Source: Candidatus Hydrothermarchaeales archaeon (lineage in GTDB: Archaea > Hydrothermarchaeota > Hydrothermarchaeia > Hydrothermarchaeales > JAZGAD01). Taken from it: a stretch of 22,899 bases of DNA. Numbering within the stretch: the stretch's first letter is position 1; each line of letters begins with the position of its first letter. The notes under the pieces are model-generated. The model was given only the letters and a program-made list of their open reading frames with translations. It had not been told where the DNA came from and made no database searches. The stretch lies in the NCBI GenBank assembly GCA_036444275.1, contig JAZGAD010000011.1, positions 1-22,899 of the forward strand, read 5' to 3'. A program made the translations under genes and the position numbers. Of this stretch, positions 16,799 through 22,899 are shown in pieces.

Positions 16799-17470
16799 GT
16801 GTTGAGCATCATAAAGCTTGAAAATGTCGAGAAGATCTATAAAATGGGAAAGGTAGAGGTCCCGGCGCTTCGCGGCATAGACATCGACATAAAAAAAGGC
16901 GAATATGTCTCCATAATAGGCCCCTCCGGAAGCGGGAAGAGTACCATTATGAATCTTATAGGTGCCCTCGACAGACCCACCAGGGGCAAGGTCTTCATCG
17001 ATGGGAACGACGTCTCCAAGATGAATGAAGACGCATTGGCCGCCATCAGGAGAAAGAAAATCGGATTTGTCTTCCAGCAGTTCAACATGATACCCAGACT
17101 TACTGCCCTGGAAAATGTCGAGTTGCCTATGTGGTTTGCAGGGCTTTCTAAAGTCGATAGAGCCAAGAGGGCAGCGGAGTTGTTAAAAAATGTGGGCTTG
17201 GGTGGCAGGATGCGGCACAAACCGACCGAACTCTCCGGGGGGGAGATACAGAGGGTCGCGATAGCCAGGGCTTTGTCCAATGAACCGGAGATACTTCTGG
17301 CAGATGAGCCGACAGGGAACCTGGATACAAAATCCGGAGAGGGTATTATGGAGATTTTGAAGGACCTCAACGAGCGGGGTAAAACCATCATCCTGGTCAC
17401 CCACGAAGAGGAGTTCGCGAAGAGGGCAGAGAGAACTGTGCATATCCGCGACGGGAAGATTGTGACCTGA
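16799..17470 (+). CDS. ABC transporter ATP-binding protein (LolD/MacB-like)
   Basis: GPSGSGKST, IGFVFQQFN, LSGGEIQR, LADEPTGNLD and VTHE motifs. Confidence 0.95.
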   Translation: MLSIIKLENVEKIYKMGKVEVPALRGIDIDIKKGEYVSIIGPSGSGKSTIMNLIGALDRPTRGKVFIDGNDVSKMNEDALAAIRRKKIGFVFQQFNMIPRLTALENVELPMWFAGLSKVDRAKRAAELLKNVGLGGRMRHKPTELSGGEIQRVAIARALSNEPEILLADEPTGNLDTKSGEGIMEILKDLNERGKTIILVTHEEEFAKRAERTVHIRDGKIVT

Positions 17471-17474
17471 AAAA

Positions 17475-18656
17475 ATGCTACAATACATTGAGATGTCGCT
17501 TAAAAACCTGGCATACCAGAGGATGCGCGCGGTTTTAACTCTTCTAGGTGTGATAATCGGGATTACTGCGGTTGTTTCTATGGTGTCCATCGGGGCAGGC
17601 ATGACCAAGGCTGTAGAGGAGCAGTTTGAGGCCTTCGGGACAAACAAGATAATTATATCCTCTACTGCCGAAATGGGTTTCAAGGGCCGGGGACTTGTTG
17701 ATGCCGATGTTGAGGACATCGAGGAGATAATGGGTGTGGCGTTCGTCTCACCTATGTACAGCATTGCCACTGGGAGCGAATTTAAGGGTGATGAGAAAAT
17801 CGCAAACATTTGGGGCCTAGACCCAGACAAGTCCGAGCGAACTTTTTCGGATGTCGGCGGGTACCAGCTATATAGGGGGCGGTGGCTCCGGTCTGGGGAC
17901 CGCAACGTAATCGTCATCGGATTCACGATCCACGACGACTTCTACAATAAAAGGGTCGAGCTGGGAAACAACATAAAGATACAGGGGGAGAAATTCCGCG
18001 TAGTGGGCATCTTCCAAGAGACCGGGGATCCGGACCACGACAATACCATCATGGTGAACCTCGATCGAATAAGGGAACTCATGGGGAGAGAGGACAGCGT
18101 TACCGCCGTTGTGGCTAGAGTGACAGATGGCTATGACGTGAACATCGTCCGCCAGAGGATAGAGGAGAGGCTTAAAAGACGCCATGAGAGCGCAGAGTTC
18201 ACCATACTCACTTCCCAGCAACTTATTGAGACCATCTCGTCGGCTTTAAAGGTCATTCAGGTGGTCTTTGGGGGTATAGCAGGTGTTTCCCTAGTCATTG
18301 GTGGCATAGGTATTGCGAACACCATGATAATGAACGTCTTGGAGAGAACCCGTGAGATAGGTATTATGAAGGCCACTGGGGCGACAAACTCCCAGGTGAT
18401 GAGGATATTCCTCTTCGAGTCTGGAGTCTTCGGTTTCGTTGGAGGCTCCATCGGTGTCTTCTTCGGCTACGTCATCTCAAAGATGATAAATGTGGCCGCT
18501 GAAAAATACCTGGGCCCAGGTCTTTTGACGACGGCCGTGACCCCCGAGATGGTGCTCTATGCATTGGTTTTCTCTGTGGTGGTGGGCATTGTATCGGGTT
18601 TGTATCCTGCTTATAAGGCTGTGAAATTGGATCCTGTGGAGGCGCTCCGGGCATGA
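17475..18656 (+). CDS. ABC transporter permease, MacB/FtsX family (copy 1)
   Basis: RAVLTLLGVIIG, GGIGIANTM...ERTREIGIMKATGA and YPAYKAVKLDPVEALR motifs. Confidence 0.93.
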   Translation: MLQYIEMSLKNLAYQRMRAVLTLLGVIIGITAVVSMVSIGAGMTKAVEEQFEAFGTNKIIISSTAEMGFKGRGLVDADVEDIEEIMGVAFVSPMYSIATGSEFKGDEKIANIWGLDPDKSERTFSDVGGYQLYRGRWLRSGDRNVIVIGFTIHDDFYNKRVELGNNIKIQGEKFRVVGIFQETGDPDHDNTIMVNLDRIRELMGREDSVTAVVARVTDGYDVNIVRQRIEERLKRRHESAEFTILTSQQLIETISSALKVIQVVFGGIAGVSLVIGGIGIANTMIMNVLERTREIGIMKATGATNSQVMRIFLFESGVFGFVGGSIGVFFGYVISKMINVAAEKYLGPGLLTTAVTPEMVLYALVFSVVVGIVSGLYPAYKAVKLDPVEALRA

Positions 18657-19843
18657 TTGAATATATCGAATATTCCCTAAGGAATATGGTTCAGCAGAAG
18701 TCTAGAACCGTACTCACGCTTTCCGGCATTGTCATCGGCATCGCGGTGATCGTGGCGGTGATATCCCTTGGTGAAGGTATGAGGTTAACTATGAACGAGC
18801 AACTTGAGAAGGTAGGGGGTGACATGATTTATGTCATGCCGGCTGGTATTTTTGGAGGCGGCTTCGGCCCCCCTCAGGAGTTCGTACCCTTTGGCATTGG
18901 TGAGCTACGGGAGATAAGCACTATCCCAGGCGTGAAGAAGACGGCCCCGATGTATTTTACTACTGCTCGTATGAAAAAGGGTTCAGAGGAGAATACCGCA
19001 TACATCATCGGCGCAACCGAGGTGGCCATAGAATTATATCGCGACTTTCTTACTCTAAAGGAGGGCCGCTACATCAAGGAAACCGAGACCGACGCTGTCT
19101 TCATCGGATATTATATCTCGACCGGGATGTTCGATAGAGACGTGAGGGTGGGGGATTCCCTTAAAATCAGCGGGAAGAAGTTCAGGGTTGTGGGGGTAGT
19201 CGCGGAAATTGGATCTAAGCAGGATGACTCCCAAATTTATATGTCATTAAAGGCCGCCCAGTTGCTCTTCGACGTAGGGGACGATATCAACTTAATCTAC
19301 GTTCAGACCGACAACAACGAAATCGTGGGCGAGGTCTCCCAGAAGATAGAGGACCGCATCAAAAAGCTTAGGGGCGGCAAGGACTTTGATGTCATGACCA
19401 CCGAGGACTCTGCTGAACAGGTAAATCAGATCTTAGATATATTGACTTTCGTTTTAGGCGGTATTGCATCGGTGTCCCTTCTTGTGGGCGGGGTCATCAT
19501 AATGAACACAATGATTATGAGCGTCATTGAGCGCACCAGAGAGATCGGTGTAATGAAGGCAATAGGTGCCACGAATTACACCATTCTAAGCATGTTCCTC
19601 TCGGAGGCTGCGCTTGTTGGATTCTTCGGGGGGGTATTAGGTGTAATTCTAGGTGGAGTAATATCAAAGGTTATAGAGATCGTTGGTAAGGCTTATGTTG
19701 GGACAATGTTCCAAACCCACATATCAATGGAGTTGGTAATTGGAGCAATTTTATTTGCCTTAATATTAGGCTCTATATCCGGTGCCTATCCTGCATGGAG
19801 AGCGTCAAAGCTGGACCCTGTAGAAGCGCTTAGATACGAATGA
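18653..19843 (+). CDS. ABC transporter permease, MacB/FtsX family (copy 2)
   Basis: RTVLTLSGIVIG, ERTREIGVMKAIGA and YPAWRASKLDPVEALRYE motifs; ATGA overlap with copy 1. Confidence 0.93.
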   Translation: MIEYIEYSLRNMVQQKSRTVLTLSGIVIGIAVIVAVISLGEGMRLTMNEQLEKVGGDMIYVMPAGIFGGGFGPPQEFVPFGIGELREISTIPGVKKTAPMYFTTARMKKGSEENTAYIIGATEVAIELYRDFLTLKEGRYIKETETDAVFIGYYISTGMFDRDVRVGDSLKISGKKFRVVGVVAEIGSKQDDSQIYMSLKAAQLLFDVGDDINLIYVQTDNNEIVGEVSQKIEDRIKKLRGGKDFDVMTTEDSAEQVNQILDILTFVLGGIASVSLLVGGVIIMNTMIMSVIERTREIGVMKAIGATNYTILSMFLSEAALVGFFGGVLGVILGGVISKVIEIVGKAYVGTMFQTHISMELVIGAILFALILGSISGAYPAWRASKLDPVEALRYE

Positions 19844-19886
19844 AAGGAAATAAAAAAGAAAAGGAAGTTGAAGAAGCTTCTCTTCA
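19844..19886 (-). terminator. Probable terminator on the minus strand (short hairpin plus pyrimidine/T tract)
   Basis: TGAAGA-N6-TCTTCA (19869-19886) followed on the minus strand by CCTTTTCTTTTTTATTTCC. Confidence 0.45.
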
Positions 19887-20080
19887 CTTAACAACACGAA
19901 ATCAGCTATGGTTTTAGTCTTGAAATAGCCTTGCATTGACAGCACTGTCTCGGCTATTCCGAGCTCGATGAGGTGGTCCAGCAGTTCCACAGCCTCCTCC
20001 GGCTATGCTTTCCCCTCATAGCATTTCCTCAGAATCTTCAGCAATTCCTTGTCCAGGTGATCAGGATTTGTAGCAGGCAC
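19884..20080 (-). pseudogene. Possible gene remnant with in-frame TAG
   Basis: DHLDKELLKILRKCYEGKA*PEEAVELLDHLIELGIAETVLSMQGYFKTKTIADF reads like helical protein on both sides of TAG 20005-20003 and ends at the terminator-like tract. Confidence 0.35.
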
Positions 20081-20140
20081 AAGCCCTTATTTAATGTTTG
20101 TGAATTGTCCTCTTTGGCTTCTTTTGAACCCTCGAATAAC

Positions 20141-22899
20141 TCAAGCCTTTGCTTCAGAAGCAACGTCGCTGCCGTTTTCTATCCCAGCCTTTTGCGTCTG
20201 CTCTCTCCCAGAACCAGCAATCACCATCACCACCTGCCTCCTGTCCCAGACGTTAGTCTTGACGTACATCTTCTTATTACCCCTGACTCTAAGCCAGTCC
20301 TGCTCGCTCTCGTTCAAGACCTGCCTGACTATCTCTCCGACGCCCTCATAGGCATCTGGTCCTCCCAGGATCACGACGAACTTGCTTGTGTTGTATTTGC
20401 TGAAGTTCTTCGGGCTGGTGTAGATTATCTCAATGCCCTTGTTCTTTAGCAAGGCAGTGAAATTGGCACAGAGATTGTAGTCAATGGAATTGGCAAGAAG
20501 GATAATCTTTGGTTTTGGAGGAGCTCCACCTCCTCCGCCTCCAGAGGGAGGCGTTGAACCTGAGGATGTTCGGCCTGTTAGCGTATATGTACTGAAATGA
20601 TAGACATCGGCAGAGGCGTATCCTTCTGAAATAGTGGTGGGCTGGGAGAGCCAAGAGTCAGAAGAACTGTTATACCAATTTATTTTCACTGTACTTGCAT
20701 CATAACCCGATGGGATCTTCATCTTTATGGTGATGTATTCCATATTACTTGCATTGATACCAGGAGCCTCGATTTGGATGAACTTTCCAATCATGTTTGA
20801 CAGCGGTGTTTCCGTGCCCTCCTCCTCAGGATTCAATGTGCACTCGGCAACCTGGATGGGAATGTCAGAAACAGCAGCTTTTGGCTTAACCTCGACTTCA
20901 ATGCCTATCAAAGAATCGCTCAACACCTTCTTGATAACGCCAGTAGAGGCTTCATCTGGGGTAACGCTAAACACGCTCTTATTGGCATCAACTATTAGCT
21001 CATCTATCCTCGCCTTCTTGTATACATTGCTGAAGTTGACGAAGACTCCATTCTTCTCCTTTCTGATGCTCGCCTTCTTTCCAGCCTTGCTCTGGATGTA
21101 GCCAGATGAATCGATCTCTGCATGCACAACAATAGTTCTGGGAGGAATGCTGTAGTTCAGTATCGTATCACTCACGCTCACGTTAGAGACGTTGATAGCA
21201 TTCCCTATCGTCACATTGGCACCAAAGGAGATACTGCCGTTGAAGACCACATCGTCGCCATAGAGAACATCATCAGCCCAAGATACATCGGTGCCGTTCT
21301 CAAATATCGGCCTGAAGCCGCCTTCTACATCAAAGTCGCAGGCATCGCCCTTGAAATCACCGTCTGTATCTGTTTGTAATGGATTATAGGTGCCAGGACA
21401 GTTGTCAACTCCATCCCTCACTCCATCACCGTCATTGTCCTCCACCATGTCAGCCCCCAGCGGGCATCCTCCCGTAAAAGGCGTGCCGTATTGGGTTGGG
21501 CATTTGTCTATCTCATCTGGCAACCCATCATTGTCAGAATCTTGAATAGTTTGCGTTAATGGGCAACCTTCATTGATTATCTCGCCCGCTGTGCTTGGGC
21601 ACTTATCATCGCTGTCTAGAACTCCATCACTGTCAGAGTCTGTCCCTGCCAGTGGACATCCATTGTTGGACAGGGGGCCAGCCTCGCTTACACAAGAATC
21701 CTTGTTGTCAGGTATTCCATCGCTATCACTGTCCGTTATATCCGTTATGGGGCAGCCCTTATTGAATACTGGGCCTGCCATGCTTGGACATGCATCATCG
21801 CTGTCAACGATTCCGTCAGCATCGGCATCCCCGGATAAGGGGCACCCAGCATTGGATAATGGACCCGGCTGACTTGGACAGGCATCATCGGCATCAGCTA
21901 CCCCATCATTATCTACATCTACTACACCCTGCAATGGACATCCTGCGTTAGAAAATGGGCCTGCCATGGTTGGACAGGCATCTTTGCTATCAGGCACCCC
22001 GTCGCCATCAGAGTCAACAGGCCCACCCAGAGCATAGGTGCCAAATTTGGTCAGGTTTACCCAGAGGTAGTTTGCCGTAATATTGATCTCTCCGTCGTTA
22101 ACCCAGTTCAAGGCATAGGTAACCTTTACCCATTTAGAGGAGCTCTCGTTCCACCAGTATAGTCTCAGAAAATTCTCGGTCAGGTTAATACTCTTTATCT
22201 CTTCGTCTGTATAGTAGATCCTGATTACAGTCCATTCTAGCTTGTTTTCCAGGTTCTCGCTGGAATCTACTTTTATGTACTTTAGGGCAGGTAGGCTGAG
22301 GGGTGAGGTTCCAGGTAGATTAACTGACGACTTTATCACATCGATAGAACCAGCTGTATCAGTTGAGGTAACTAAGTCGAGGGCTGTGTCTGCATCGGAA
22401 GCATTTATCGTGAGTGGGGTATTCGCCGTTGTGTTAATAGATGAATTTGAGTAGATATGCGCTACAACGAAGAAGGTTTTCTCTGTGTTGTTGACGTTTC
22501 CAAAAGTATCGTTGGCTATTACAGTAACATAGTAGGCTCCATACTGGGGTGTTTCATTGAAAACTGATAGAAAAACATTGCTGCCAAGTGAAGGTGGGGG
22601 TATATGTGAGGTAACGTTTTCAACACTTCCTACCGTCACAATCGAGGGTGTGTTGTAATTCTCACACCAAGCGTTGTCTTGGATATTCATAATACATAAA
22701 TTTGAAATGCTTATATCTGAATAAGAGGAGCTTCTTCTTTGGATACCTCCCAAATAGAAAACACTGGCATTGGTATAATAACCATTAGTATTTGCTTCTC
22801 CAGTATCTGACCCAACATAAGTCCATAACTTGTTAGTAGAATAATTTGAAACAAAAATCCAAGCTTCCCAACCAGATCCATGAGAATGAGTAGAAGGAT
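20141..22899 (-). CDS. Large modular cell-surface protein with thrombospondin type 3 repeats, two PGF-pre-PGF-like beta domains and a C-terminal alpha/beta domain; 5' end lies outside the window
   Basis: The frame is open upstream of the ORF track start 22753 to the window edge (PSTHSHGSGWEAWIFVSNYSTNKLW...). It carries DxDxDGxxDxxDxCP repeats, a Gly/Ser/Pro linker and a C-terminal ILGGPDA...VIAGSGR domain. Confidence 0.88.
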   Translation of the reverse strand, partial: PSTHSHGSGWEAWIFVSNYSTNKLWTYVGSDTGEANTNGYYTNASVFYLGGIQRRSSSYSDISISNLCIMNIQDNAWCENYNTPSIVTVGSVENVTSHIPPPSLGSNVFLSVFNETPQYGAYYVTVIANDTFGNVNNTEKTFFVVAHIYSNSSINTTANTPLTINASDADTALDLVTSTDTAGSIDVIKSSVNLPGTSPLSLPALKYIKVDSSENLENKLEWTVIRIYYTDEEIKSINLTENFLRLYWWNESSSKWVKVTYALNWVNDGEINITANYLWVNLTKFGTYALGGPVDSDGDGVPDSKDACPTMAGPFSNAGCPLQGVVDVDNDGVADADDACPSQPGPLSNAGCPLSGDADADGIVDSDDACPSMAGPVFNKGCPITDITDSDSDGIPDNKDSCVSEAGPLSNNGCPLAGTDSDSDGVLDSDDKCPSTAGEIINEGCPLTQTIQDSDNDGLPDEIDKCPTQYGTPFTGGCPLGADMVEDNDGDGVRDGVDNCPGTYNPLQTDTDGDFKGDACDFDVEGGFRPIFENGTDVSWADDVLYGDDVVFNGSISFGANVTIGNAINVSNVSVSDTILNYSIPPRTIVVHAEIDSSGYIQSKAGKKASIRKEKNGVFVNFSNVYKKARIDELIVDANKSVFSVTPDEASTGVIKKVLSDSLIGIEVEVKPKAAVSDIPIQVAECTLNPEEEGTETPLSNMIGKFIQIEAPGINASNMEYITIKMKIPSGYDASTVKINWYNSSSDSWLSQPTTISEGYASADVYHFSTYTLTGRTSSGSTPPSGGGGGGAPPKPKIILLANSIDYNLCANFTALLKNKGIEIIYTSPKNFSKYNTSKFVVILGGPDAYEGVGEIVRQVLNESEQDWLRVRGNKKMYVKTNVWDRRQVVMVIAGSGREQTQKAGIENGSDVASEAKA
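21335..22015 (-). repeat. Seven thrombospondin type 3-like Ca-binding peptide repeats (coding)
   Basis: Six DxDxDGxxDxxDxC(P/V)xxxGxxxxxGCP units, then one DNCP...NP.Q.DTDGD..GDACD unit. Confidence 0.88.

Noticed and set aside
1409-22454. Many antisense or alternate-frame ORFs in the track (for example 2022..2705, 5515..5724, 5769..6257, 8620..9111, 11689..12153, 17183..17926, 19973..20449)
   Set aside because: They overlap well-supported genes and have shadow-ORF composition with no family motifs.
22751-22753. TTG 22753 as the start of the 870-aa protein
   Set aside because: The frame stays open to the window edge and no signal peptide follows, so the gene begins outside the window.

Overview
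Archaeal chromosomal segment, judged from GGTGA/GAGGTG Shine-Dalgarno sites, BRE/TATA promoters, Fae-Hps and COG1361. A Hydrothermarchaeota-like or other H4MPT-using euryarchaeon is my inference, not a determination. From left to right it holds: a partial NosD-type beta-helix surface protein (absent from the ORF track), tupABC tungstate transporter, a small Cys-rich ORF, ahcY, an accessory patch (DUF5661-like, vapBC, 4-TM protein, Zn-ribbon/AbrB antitoxin-like gene, HExxH protein, lipoprotein cyclophilin), a fae-hps fusion followed by a stand-alone hps duplicate, a thioredoxin reductase, thrC, a polysaccharide deacetylase, a PadR + COG1361 + ABC ATPase + two MacB/FtsX permease operon, and a partial large surface protein with thrombospondin type 3 repeats. 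Three observations stand out. (1) The two adjacent Hps domains have lost complementary catalytic residues: the fused copy lost its own active-site residues but keeps the Asp donated across the dimer interface, and the stand-alone copy shows the reverse, which predicts an obligate heterodimeric hexulose-6-phosphate synthase. (2) Three directly oriented copies of an unexplained 26-32 bp intergenic site (imperfect inverted arms around a conserved GCCCAT core) divide the accessory patch into 1.7 kb and 1.3 kb modules. (3) The thioredoxin reductase lacks the HRR NADPH-binding motif. No rRNA, tRNA, CRISPR array, transposase or integrase was seen. All family assignments come from motif recognition by eye; no searches were run.
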